The position numbers and the translations under genes are program-made. From Myxococcales bacterium (GTDB taxonomy: Bacteria; Myxococcota_A; Polyangia; Polyangiales; DASUME01): a stretch of 64,000 nucleotides of DNA. Positions 1 through 9,061 of this stretch are shown here, piece by piece. Within the stretch, counting starts at the first letter, position 1. Every line of letters begins with the position of its first letter. Below the pieces are notes generated by a model. That model did not search any database and was not told the DNA's origin. It saw nothing but the letters and a program-made list of their open reading frames with translations. Location: assembly GCA_047601445.1 (NCBI GenBank), contig JASGJH010000001.1:3936001-4000000 (forward strand), read 5' to 3'.

Positions 1-2
1 CC

Positions 3-833
3 CGCGACGCGATCGGCGAACATGGGAAGCCGCATGACGTCCGCACGCTGCTCGTGGGGCTCGCGGTGGGCGTGCTGACCGGACTCCTGGGGGCTGGCGG
101 TGGCTTCGTGGTCGTGCCCGCGCTGGTCCTGCGCGCAGGCTTGCCCATGGAGCGGGCGGTGGCGACCTCGCTCCTGGTCATCCTCATGCAATCGCTGTCG
201 GGCCTGCTCGGACATGTAGCCCACGGCAGCGTGATCGATTGGCAGCTCGCCTCGCTGTTGGCCGTGGCAAGTGGCCTGGGCAGCCTCGTGAGTAGCAAGT
301 TGTTCAGCCGCGTGGATGCTCACACGCTGCGCCGAGCGTTCGCCGCCATGCTCCTCGTGGCCGGCCTGGTGATCGTGGGGATCCAGCTGGGACCATGGAT
401 TTCCCACCTGCCGTATCCTGCCGTACTGCGTCCACTGGGCGGCGGAATCCTGCTCGGATCGGCGGCCGGGCTCTTGTGGATCACGAACGGGCGCATCGCG
501 GGCATCAGCGGTATCGCGGGAGGCATGTTCGCGACCTCGCGCGCAGAGGTGTGGTGGAGAGCTTTTTTCATCATGGGCATGCTCTGCGGCGGACTCACCA
601 TGCATCGGTTGTCGCCGCGAGCCTTCCAGGCGCCTGCCCTCGATTGGCTCTCGATCGTCGCCGCGGGCTTGCTCGTGGGTGTGGGCACGTCGCTGGCCAA
701 CGGCTGCACCAGCGGCCACGGCGTGTGCGGGGTGACGCGCCTTTCGTTGCGCTCCTTGATCGCGACCGCGGTCTTCATCGCCGCAGGCGTGGGCTCGACC
801 TTCCTCTTTCACCACGTGCTGGGAGCTTCATGA
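3..833 (+). CDS. TauE/SafE (TSUP) transporter C-terminal half fused to a YeeE/YedE sulfur-transport domain; 5'-truncated by the window
   Basis: Frame is open from nt 3. TSUP-type GLLGAGGGFVVVPAL...AVATSL is followed in frame by YeeE-type NGRIAGISG and LANGCTSGHGVCG. Confidence 0.8.
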   Translation, partial: RDAIGEHGKPHDVRTLLVGLAVGVLTGLLGAGGGFVVVPALVLRAGLPMERAVATSLLVILMQSLSGLLGHVAHGSVIDWQLASLLAVASGLGSLVSSKLFSRVDAHTLRRAFAAMLLVAGLVIVGIQLGPWISHLPYPAVLRPLGGGILLGSAAGLLWITNGRIAGISGIAGGMFATSRAEVWWRAFFIMGMLCGGLTMHRLSPRAFQAPALDWLSIVAAGLLVGVGTSLANGCTSGHGVCGVTRLSLRSLIATAVFIAAGVGSTFLFHHVLGAS

Positions 834-1288
834 CTAAAGCCCTGCTATCCGCCTTCGCCTCGGGTCTGCTGTTCGCCCTCGGGCTCGCCTGGTCGGGTAT
901 GACCGACACGCGCAACGTGCTCGCCTTCCTCGACGTGAGTGGTACCTGGAATCCCAGCTTGCTTTACGTGATGTTGGGGGCGATCGCGGCCTACGCCAGC
1001 TTCTTCTGGCCAAGCCGTCGCTTGTTGGCTGCGCCGGTGCTGACCTCGCGTTTTGTGATGCCGGATCGGCGCGCCATCGACGTCCCCTTGTTCACCGGGT
1101 CCGCGCTGTTCGGTGTGGGCTGGGGAATCGCTGGCTACTGCCCGGGTCCGGCGCTCGCATCGCTGCCGACCGCCAGCTGGCAGGCGCTGGCCTTCACGGG
1201 TGCCATGATGGCAGGCTTGGGAGTGACGAGGTTGCTAAGTGCGAAACAGCTCCGACGAAGAGCTGCTCAAGCGGTCGCAGTCCGGTGA
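830..1288 (+). CDS. YeeE/YedE family (DUF6691-like) membrane protein
   Basis: ATGA overlap with the upstream gene; GLLFALGLAWSGM, FLDVSGTWNPSL and GWGIAGYCPGPA motifs. Confidence 0.85.
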   Translation: MTKALLSAFASGLLFALGLAWSGMTDTRNVLAFLDVSGTWNPSLLYVMLGAIAAYASFFWPSRRLLAAPVLTSRFVMPDRRAIDVPLFTGSALFGVGWGIAGYCPGPALASLPTASWQALAFTGAMMAGLGVTRLLSAKQLRRRAAQAVAVR

Positions 1289-2054
1289 CTCGGAAGCACT
1301 GGAGCTCCTGCTCGGGCGCCTGCGTGACCAGATCTATCGCTTCGGGCTGAAGATGTGCGGCGACTCGGAGGACGCAAAAGACGTGCTCCAGGAGACCATG
1401 CTGTCCGTGGCGCGCAATATTGGCAGCTTCCGCGGCGACTCGAGCCTCTCGACCTGGCTCTACCGCATCGCCCACAGCTTCTGCGTGAAGCATCGGCACA
1501 AGCTTCGCGATCGCCCGCCTTCGCTCGCAGCGTCCATGCTCGCCGAGACCAAGCCGGTGGACCGGCCCGACGACTCCCTAGATCAACGCGAACTGCAAGC
1601 GGAGCTCACGGCGGCCGTACACGAGCTCGAGCCCATGTATCGCGAAGTATTGGTCTTGCGCGACATGGAAGGTCTGAGTGCGCCCGAAGTGGCCGAGGTT
1701 CTCGGCATCGGCGTCCCCGCCGTGAAGAGTCGCCTCCATCGAGCCCGCCTTGCCGTGCGCAATCGACTCGGCGCCTACCTCGACACCTTGCCCGGCCCCG
1801 CCGTGCGCACAGAGCCGACACCGAACTGTCCGGACGTTTTGGATCTCTTCTCACGCCACCTCGAGGGCGACGTCCCCCCCGACCTATGTCGACAGCTCGA
1901 AGCCCACGTCGGAGCCTGCGCGTCGTGCCGCGCAAAGTGCGACTCGCTCAAGAAGACCTTGGCCCTGTGTCGGAGCGTCCCGGAGGCCGAGGTCCCCGCG
2001 GAGATCCAGGCTTCGATCCGCGAGGCACTTCACGAACTTCGCGGAACGGACTAA
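1239..2054 (+). CDS. ECF sigma-70 factor with fused C-terminal zinc-finger (ZAS/zf-HC2-like) domain
   Basis: Region 2 (DAKDVLQET, SLSTWLYRIA) and region 4 (EVAEVLGIGVPAVKSRLHRAR), then CPDVLDLFSRHLEG...HVGACASC (HxxxCxxC). Confidence 0.9.
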   Translation: MRNSSDEELLKRSQSGDSEALELLLGRLRDQIYRFGLKMCGDSEDAKDVLQETMLSVARNIGSFRGDSSLSTWLYRIAHSFCVKHRHKLRDRPPSLAASMLAETKPVDRPDDSLDQRELQAELTAAVHELEPMYREVLVLRDMEGLSAPEVAEVLGIGVPAVKSRLHRARLAVRNRLGAYLDTLPGPAVRTEPTPNCPDVLDLFSRHLEGDVPPDLCRQLEAHVGACASCRAKCDSLKKTLALCRSVPEAEVPAEIQASIREALHELRGTD

Positions 2055-2189
2055 GCGCTCTCGCGGGCTTCACCCCGGCTTGGAGGGGACGACCTGGGGC
2101 CGCGACGCGCGGGTGGTGATAGGATCGCGCGCCCTGACATCTCGCCGTCCTGGTCGACACGAGATCCTCATGCGCTGCGAGGAGTTTCT

Positions 2190-3869
2190 GTGAAGAGCCT
2201 GCCTATCGTCGGACTCGCGTCCCTCTTGCTCGTCGGTTGCTTGGACTCCGAGTTCGGCGCAGGGCACCAGGGCGGTCCTCTGGTTCCACCCCATGGTCGT
2301 CGGACCCATCCCCACGGCCACCCACCGGCTCCCAGCGACGGAGACCATCACCAGGGTCATGATGCAGGGCACGCGAGCGGACTCGACGGCGGGTTCGGCT
2401 GCTCCCCCGAGTCCGATGCTGGCGTGCCGCATATGGACGCGAGTGCGCACGACGCCGCCGCGCCGCACGGGGACGCGGGTGCACGCGACGCAGGTGGCGA
2501 GGCCGACGCCTCGACTCCCGAGGAGGACGGCGGCAGCGGTTGCGGTTTCGTTCCGTCGTGGGACGCCGATGCAGGTGCCCTATCTGCTACGTGGGGGTCG
2601 CCTCGAACCATCGAGCGCAATCCGGCCCAGGGCGACCCAAGCGATTTCGCCCCTCAAGTGGCACTGCGGCCCAACGGCGACGGCATGATCGTCTTCTATG
2701 GTGCCAACAACCAGTACCAAGAGGGGATCTGGGCCAGCCACTATGTGCGATCGACGAACGCCCTCTCGGCGCCGGTTCGCGTCGACGACGCAGCCACGCG
2801 CGGAGTCAATCCCCTCATCGCCATCGATGACTGTGGGAACGCCGTCGTGCTGTGGAACACACTCTCGTCGACCAATATTTTGATCCGACGCTATCGCGCC
2901 GGCCACGGGTGGCAGCAGATCGAACCGGTCGTGACCCTCGAGCCCGGCAGGGCTCAGATCACCATGTTCGCGCTCGCGGGTTCCCCGCAGGGCGACTTTG
3001 CAGCGGCATGGAGCGCGTGGAGTCACGAGAGCGACGGCGGGTATCCCGCATTTGCTCGATTCCTCCAACCAAATGAGGGCTTCGGCCCCGTCATCGATTT
3101 ATCTGGCCCCGACCGCTACGCCACCATCGCCGCCGTGGCTGTGGGCCGCGTGGCCTCCAAACTGCGGCTCGCGGCGAGCTGGACCCAGAGCACCGGCTCC
3201 TCACTCCAGGCAAGGGCAAGCATCGTTGAAGTCGACGGCCCCCTAGGCGCCCCCACCGTCATCTCCGATCAGGCCGTGGACCAAAGCGCACTCGCGGACG
3301 ACATCGCCATGGACAGCGCGGGCAACGTGTTTGCCACCGCCATGGGGCGAGGCAGCCGGGACGACCGAGTGAGCGTCAGGCAATTCGTGAATCAGACCTG
3401 GTCCGCGACCCAGACCTTGAGTGGACCCGGCGAGATCCAAGTGCGTCGCCCTTCCCTCTCGGTCACACCTGGCGGTCACGCGATGGTGGCCTGGGCGGAG
3501 TGCTGGTCGGATTGCTCGATCTGGTCGAGCACCTTCTCGAACGGCCATTGGGCAGTGCGCACCGAAATCCCCGCCCCCAAGAGCAACACGGGAGAGGCTC
3601 CTCGGGTACGCCTGCTCGATGACGGTCGCGCGCTCGTCATGTGGGGCGGCTTCCTCAACTACAAGGAGTCCGTGTACGCGAGCGAGTTCCGACCCGGGAG
3701 CGGCTGGGCAACGGGGCACTTGCTAGAAAGCGAGGACGACAAGGGCAATGGCGCGGTGATCGATCTCGACTTCAGCGCGGCTGGGACCGGCGTGGGAGTT
3801 TGGGTCCACGAGGTCGCGGGCGACGCCGGCTCCTACGCCCGCACCATCCAGACCGCGGTGTACCGCTAA
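2190..3869 (+). CDS. Putative lipoprotein with His-rich/DAG linker and a repeated beta-rich (propeller-like) domain
   Basis: Lipobox LLVGC; His-rich N-terminus; repeated 'P.v.....G...v.W' units. Confidence 0.65.
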   Translation: MKSLPIVGLASLLLVGCLDSEFGAGHQGGPLVPPHGRRTHPHGHPPAPSDGDHHQGHDAGHASGLDGGFGCSPESDAGVPHMDASAHDAAAPHGDAGARDAGGEADASTPEEDGGSGCGFVPSWDADAGALSATWGSPRTIERNPAQGDPSDFAPQVALRPNGDGMIVFYGANNQYQEGIWASHYVRSTNALSAPVRVDDAATRGVNPLIAIDDCGNAVVLWNTLSSTNILIRRYRAGHGWQQIEPVVTLEPGRAQITMFALAGSPQGDFAAAWSAWSHESDGGYPAFARFLQPNEGFGPVIDLSGPDRYATIAAVAVGRVASKLRLAASWTQSTGSSLQARASIVEVDGPLGAPTVISDQAVDQSALADDIAMDSAGNVFATAMGRGSRDDRVSVRQFVNQTWSATQTLSGPGEIQVRRPSLSVTPGGHAMVAWAECWSDCSIWSSTFSNGHWAVRTEIPAPKSNTGEAPRVRLLDDGRALVMWGGFLNYKESVYASEFRPGSGWATGHLLESEDDKGNGAVIDLDFSAAGTGVGVWVHEVAGDAGSYARTIQTAVYR

Positions 3870-3942
3870 CCAGATTTCACCTCCGCCTTCCAAAACCATT
3901 CGAGCCGCCGCCCTCCCCATGCGATAACCCGGGCCACCTTCC

Positions 3943-5142
3943 ATGGCCCTATTCCGCACGGCACGCATCGAACCCGCCGGTCGTTTTCGCGAGACGTTCG
4001 CGCCCGTGGTGGCTGAACTCGGTCGACAACTGACGCAGGCGCCGGGGACCGGCGGGGCAGTCTGCATCTATCACCGTGGTCAACCCGTGGTGGACGTGTG
4101 GGGCGGCACGCGCAACGCAGCACAGGATCCCTGGCAAGAAGACACGCTGGTGATGGCGTTCTCCACGGGCAAGGCCGTAGCGGCCACCCTGCTGCACACG
4201 CTCATCGACTCCGGGCTCGCGGACTATGATGATCCGGTGGCGCGCCACTGGCCCGAGTTCGCGAGCGCGGGCAAAGGCGAGATCACCATTCGGCAGGCGA
4301 TCTCGCACCGCGCCGGGCTGTACCGCCTGAGCGACATGATCGACGACTTCTGGCAGGTGCTGGATTTCGAGGTCATGGCACGCCGCCTGGCGCAGGCGCG
4401 GCCTGCACATCGCGCGGGCAAGCACGCCGGCTACCACGGCATCTCGTTCAGCTGGTTGGTGGGTGAGCTGCTGCAGCGTCTGAGCAAGCAATCCGTGGCG
4501 GCCCTCCTCGAGGAACGCCTGGTGCGCAAGCTCGGACTCGATGGCGCGTACTTCGGCTTGCCCGAGCACGAGTTCGCGCGCTGTGCCGAGCTGGTCTCAC
4601 CACTCGAGCCTCTCACGCTGCAGCATCACGCCCTGGGTGCGGTCGCCCCACTGGTACGCGGCGTGAGCGCAGGGCTCGTGCGGCTGGACGAACTGCGCGC
4701 AGCGCTCGTGCTGCCCGCGTCGACCGGCCTGTCCTGGAACGACCCTCGCCTGCGTCGCGCCTGCATCCCCTCGTCCACGGGCGTGTTCACTGCGCGCTCC
4801 TTGGCCCGCATGTACGCCGCACTGCTCGACGGCAGCCTACTCTCCCCGCGCACGCTGGCAGAGCTTGGTACCCTCCAATCGCGCTCCCTCGACCGCGTCA
4901 CCAACGTCATGCAGGAATGGCGGCTGGGCTACCACGGCATGCAGGTCCGTGGGCGCTTCGTACCAGGTGTGTTCGGACACTGCGGCTTTCGCGGTACCGG
5001 TGCCTTCGTGGATCCGACGCGTGAGTTGAGCTTCGCCTATCTACACAACGCCAAGGCAGGCATGCATCCGCTGGGCGGTGGACGTTTTCAAACCATGGTC
5101 GAGCTCGCCCTCGCCAGCGCCGATCGAGCGGCACGCGCCTGA
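3943..5142 (+). CDS. Serine hydrolase, beta-lactamase/EstA-like family
   Basis: SxxK (FSTGK), GYHG, FGHCG and VVDVWGG motifs. Confidence 0.9.
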   Translation: MALFRTARIEPAGRFRETFAPVVAELGRQLTQAPGTGGAVCIYHRGQPVVDVWGGTRNAAQDPWQEDTLVMAFSTGKAVAATLLHTLIDSGLADYDDPVARHWPEFASAGKGEITIRQAISHRAGLYRLSDMIDDFWQVLDFEVMARRLAQARPAHRAGKHAGYHGISFSWLVGELLQRLSKQSVAALLEERLVRKLGLDGAYFGLPEHEFARCAELVSPLEPLTLQHHALGAVAPLVRGVSAGLVRLDELRAALVLPASTGLSWNDPRLRRACIPSSTGVFTARSLARMYAALLDGSLLSPRTLAELGTLQSRSLDRVTNVMQEWRLGYHGMQVRGRFVPGVFGHCGFRGTGAFVDPTRELSFAYLHNAKAGMHPLGGGRFQTMVELALASADRAARA

Positions 5143-5184
5143 GCTCTCCGCTCCAGGCGCTCTAGTAGGACGTCGCAGGCCTCG

Positions 5185-6283
5185 CTACGAGGGAATGCCC
5201 GCCGCGGGCAGCACCAGCTCCACGGTGGTGGCCTCGGCGCTGCTCGTGAGCCGCACATCCCCGCCGTGCGCTCGCACGATGGTGCGCACCTGGGCCAGAC
5301 TGTTCTGCAGGCGCGAGGTGGACGTGGTGAGTGTCGGATCGGCTGGCAAGAAGCAAAAGGGCACGCTACGCGGCGGGATTCTGCGGCCCGCGATCGGTGA
5401 CCGTCATCACCACCTTGCCGTCGCCCGATTGCACGAGGACCGTGAAGGTCTCGCAGCGCTTTTGAGCCACCGAAAACAGCAGGGTCAGGGCCTGCAGCAA
5501 GCGCGCCGGGTCGCCGGAGACGACGGATGCCGACGACGCCAGTTCAACCGAGTGTTCGCCATGAAGTGCGCAGTGACGCGCGACCAGCGCTTCACACAGC
5601 TGGGCCACGTCGACTTCTTGCCTCGTGAGCGCGAGCGGCTCCGCATCTCCGCGATTTGCCCGCGCGAGGTCGGCCATCGCGAGGTCGATCTGATCGACGA
5701 ACGAGGTCAGCAACGCCGCGTCGGCGGCCCCTGTTAGCTGCGCCCGGGCGAGCTCCTTGCGCACGTACTCCAGAGGCGCGACGAGCGCATCGAACCATAC
5801 CCCGCGCTGCCGCTCAGCCACGCTGCGCTCGTACTCGGACTTGCGCTGCTGCACCTGATTGTCGTGCAGCTTGATGAGCGCCGACACCTTCCCGCGCAGG
5901 ATCATGGGAGAAATCGGCTTCTCCAGGAAGTCGATGGCGCCCAGCTCGTAGGCCTTGGCCAGCAACGACGTCTCCGGCGACAGAGCGGTGATGAGCACCA
6001 CGGGCGTCGTCACTCGCTTTTGCACCAGTAGCTGGAGCGTCCCGAGCCCATCCAGGTCAGGCATCATGTAGTCGAGCAAGATCGCCGCAAACTGCTGGGT
6101 GGACGCGAGCTCCACCGCCTGCGCCCCGCTGGTGGCCGTGACCAGGTCGATACCGAGGGGCTCCAGGGCCGCCCCGAGCGCCACCAGGTTCGACGGCAAG
6201 TCGTCGACGGCGAGAATGCGTGCAGGAGCGGACTGGGGTTGGTTCGGTGCGCTAGCCGAGCTCCGCAAGACTGGCCTCCGCAA
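5185..6283 (-). CDS. Receiver plus degenerate histidine-kinase/HATPase protein, frameshifted near 5383
   Basis: REC domain (ILAVDD, LLDYMMPDLDG, FLEKP). The track ORF stops at 5366, but removing one base continues DRGP-RIPPRSVPF...IVRAHGGDVRLTS...VELVLP to a TAG at 5185. No clear H-box. Confidence 0.65.
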
Positions 6284-6428
6284 CGAGGTGTACGAGCTTT
6301 CCAGGAATGGTCAAAACGTTCCGCGCTGCAACGATCGGCGCGCCGAGAAACATCGTTGAGCCGTGGACACGCCGGTCACTCTCGACGCCAGCGCGGGCAA
6401 TCCGAGCGCGCGGAGCCCTGCGCTCGCG

Positions 6429-7355
6429 TCACGAGAGATCGGTACGCGGAACGGTGGTCGTCCCCAACAGCTCGGAGGCTTCGATGGCGGCCGCGCGCAA
6501 CTCCAGCACGACCTTGCGGGCCTGGGCGAGATCGAGCGAGGCGACCTCCGGTTCGCTGAAGATCGGCAGCGAGAGCAGCTCCTGCACGCGAAGCAGCATG
6601 ATGGGACTGGGCGCGGCGCCGGGCGGGAACGACGACGGCAGCGCGATGGCCCGCTGGATGGTGCGCAGCTCGCGCTCCCGATCGGCGCGCAGAGCCGCTT
6701 CGAGCTCGGCGCAGCCAGCGAGCTGCTCGAGCCGCGCGAGCTGTGCTGCCACGCGCGACGAGTCGCTGATCGAGGCCTCGTCGAGGGCCGGGAGGACACG
6801 GTCGTGGGACGAGCACACCGCGCAGAACGCCTTGTGGTCACTGGCGCGTGGGAAGTCGGCCAAACGGTAGGCGCAGAGCAGCGAGAACTCGAGTGAATCC
6901 TGGGCGCGGCCCCAGGTCCGCTCGAGGTGCACGGCGTCTGCGGTCCGTCCGACGCGCGCGAGCAGACTCACCACTTCACCGAACGCGCGCACTCGACCGT
7001 TGCGGCTCGCGGCGCGGACCGAATCGAGCAGGGGCTTGACGTGCTTCTCGAGCATCGCCACGGTGGGCGGACCGCCACTGAAGAACATCGACAGCGCACG
7101 GCTGGCATCCAGGAACTTGAGGCGACCGCGCGCCAGCGCCGCGTCGGGATTGCAGCCCGAGGCCTGCAGAAAGGCGAGCAGCGCGTTCTCGTGGGCTTGA
7201 GTGACGACCGCGAGGATGCCGTCTCCGTCGACCAGGCCTTCGTGGATCCAGGCGCCCATGCGCTGCGGGTACTCATCTTCCGAGCGATAAAACTGCACGA
7301 CATGGTCGCCGTCCCGCGGCCTTGCCACGGGCGTCCTCCGAGACCGTGAATCCAC
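6429..7355 (-). CDS. MEDS-domain sensory protein
   Basis: HVVQFY, VRAFGEVV.LL, LE..W and SLLCAY pattern typical of MEDS. Confidence 0.8.
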   Translation of the reverse strand: MDSRSRRTPVARPRDGDHVVQFYRSEDEYPQRMGAWIHEGLVDGDGILAVVTQAHENALLAFLQASGCNPDAALARGRLKFLDASRALSMFFSGGPPTVAMLEKHVKPLLDSVRAASRNGRVRAFGEVVSLLARVGRTADAVHLERTWGRAQDSLEFSLLCAYRLADFPRASDHKAFCAVCSSHDRVLPALDEASISDSSRVAAQLARLEQLAGCAELEAALRADRERELRTIQRAIALPSSFPPGAAPSPIMLLRVQELLSLPIFSEPEVASLDLAQARKVVLELRAAAIEASELLGTTTVPRTDLS

Positions 7356-7748
7356 AACCCCTCCCTGGTAAATCCCCCTGAGTTCTAGTGGAAAGACTCA
7401 GGTTCAGCACCCGAAAGGATGAAGAAGACGAACAGCTCCCAAATGGGAACGTCAAGAGCCCCCAGAGCCGGTGAAGCAAGACCTTACGGTTTTCGTTCTT
7501 GTGTCCGTCGCGGAGCATATCCCCTCTGCCGCAATACGACCTGCGCTCTCCGTCACTGCGCGAACCGCCGCATGCAGACTCGCGCGCAGCGCGACCGCAA
7601 ACTTCGCGCGATGCGCGCTGCGGGCGCCGAACGTACGTGCGTTCACCATTCACCACGTCATGATGAGTAGGGACTGGCCGATGTTGGAACCGAAGAAGTC
7701 CTTCGGAAAGCGTCGCGCCAGGGCTGTCATACGGGGGGGAAGTTTTTC

Positions 7749-7958
7749 ATGAAGTACCAAGAGATGTTCGCGTCGACCGAAGAGAGGGCACTCGATTTCG
7801 TGGCCGGTGGGTATGGTGAGAGTTGCGGCTCGCGCTGTGGCGCGCCCGCCGTCTGCGGAGTTCCCACGGCCGAGTCGATCAAGGCATTCGTCTACGCGAG
7901 CCTTTCACACTGCGGATGCCAGTCTTACTCTGCACCCTGCGGCTCTGAAGGCTGCTGA
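7749..7958 (+). CDS. Small Cys-rich peptide with a double-glycine-type leader (putative bacteriocin/RiPP precursor)
   Basis: G-rich RBS-like GGGGGGA upstream; leader ends ERALDFVAGG; the 48-aa core has 7 Cys. Confidence 0.55.
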   Translation: MKYQEMFASTEERALDFVAGGYGESCGSRCGAPAVCGVPTAESIKAFVYASLSHCGCQSYSAPCGSEGC

Positions 7959-8137
7959 GCGCGCGAAGCGACACGACTCGAGAAGGGATGGATGACCGCG
8001 GACGCGCGAAAACGGTGCGTCCGCGGTCGTTCATCGTGAACCGGCGGGGTGCCCAGCGCGAGCACGCCGGCCAGGGCTAGCCCGAGCAGCGTACCGGCTC
8101 CCTCCTCGACACGTTCGAGAACGTGGTGGTTCTGCAT
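7925..8137 (-). CDS. Small hypothetical membrane peptide
   Basis: Strong AGGAG 5 nt before ATG; one hydrophobic segment (GTLLGLALAGVLALG); C-terminus uncertain. Confidence 0.45.
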   Translation of the reverse strand: MQNHHVLERVEEGAGTLLGLALAGVLALGTPPVHDERPRTHRFRASAVIHPFSSRVASRAQQPSEPQGAE

Positions 8138-8158
8138 AATTACTCCTGTCCTGTTGCC

Positions 8159-8684
8159 TTATCCTGCGTGCGCGCGGGCTTGTGCGGCGAGCTCGGTGGC
8201 GCGCCCTGGGTGACGCGCGAACCACGCGAGGTCGTCTGCTACCCGCTCGACGAGCGGGACGCGGCGCCCGAGCCAAACTCGACAAAACTCCGCCAGAACG
8301 TCGTCGCCGCTGGCCTCGGCGCTGCGTTGGATGAGCCGCACGAGGTCCACGCCGTGCCGGGCCCCGAGCAGGGTGCCGCGGAAGGATTCGTTCGGCATCG
8401 ATCATGCGATCTCCGACCTTGTCTCGCAGCTCGGAGAACAAGCGGCCTACCGCCGTCCCCGCCCTACTGTGCGGCGTGGCCGACAAGCAGGAGAGCGCCG
8501 GTAGCTGCTCGAGCACCTCCTCGGCGTGCCGGGCCACGGCGAGCAAAGCTCGAGCGGGAGGACTTACCCCGAGCCGCGCCGCCTCCCTGCGGCAGTGGCG
8601 CGCAGCCGATGCCTCTGTCTGAAAGAGCTCGTGCCCCAGGGTCTTGAGGAGTTTGGCGGACGCTTGTGGATCAGGTCGGGTCAC
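8159..8684 (-). CDS. Helical hypothetical protein (possibly ferritin-like), frameshifted near 8388
   Basis: GTG start after GGGAG; ELFQTE.SA.RH; removing one A joins DAER to SFRGTLLGARHGVDLVRL...WF. Confidence 0.6.
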
Positions 8685-9061
8685 GGTCGCTCCCACGTAA
8701 GCAGCTCGGGGCTTCGCCCTTACCGCAGCATGGTGGACACCCGGGGCGGCCTGGCTAGCGGCTGCGACCTCGAGGCGGCGACCTCGGAGCGCAGAGCTCC
8801 CGCCGCGAAACGCGCTCATGCCGCAAAAGCGGAGGATCCACGCAGGCACGCCCGGGCCCGCACGCCGCGGCCCGGATGAAAACGCGAGCTGGCTCACCGT
8901 CTTCGTGCCCGGGCCCTGGCCGCAACTCACCAGAACTTGGCGGCCACGGCCCTACGCAAACCCGACCGGTCTTCGGTACTTGGAGGTAGGGCTCGACCAC
9001 CCCGTAGCGGGCGCTGGCGGGTCCGGACAGCTCTCCCGAGAGCGTCCCTGAAGGAGACCCG

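Noticed and set aside
7356..7500. c-di-GMP riboswitch near the hairpin CCTGAGT...ACTCAGG
   Set aside because: Only loose resemblance; the GGCAAA/GAAA and GACGCAAAGC cores are not matched.
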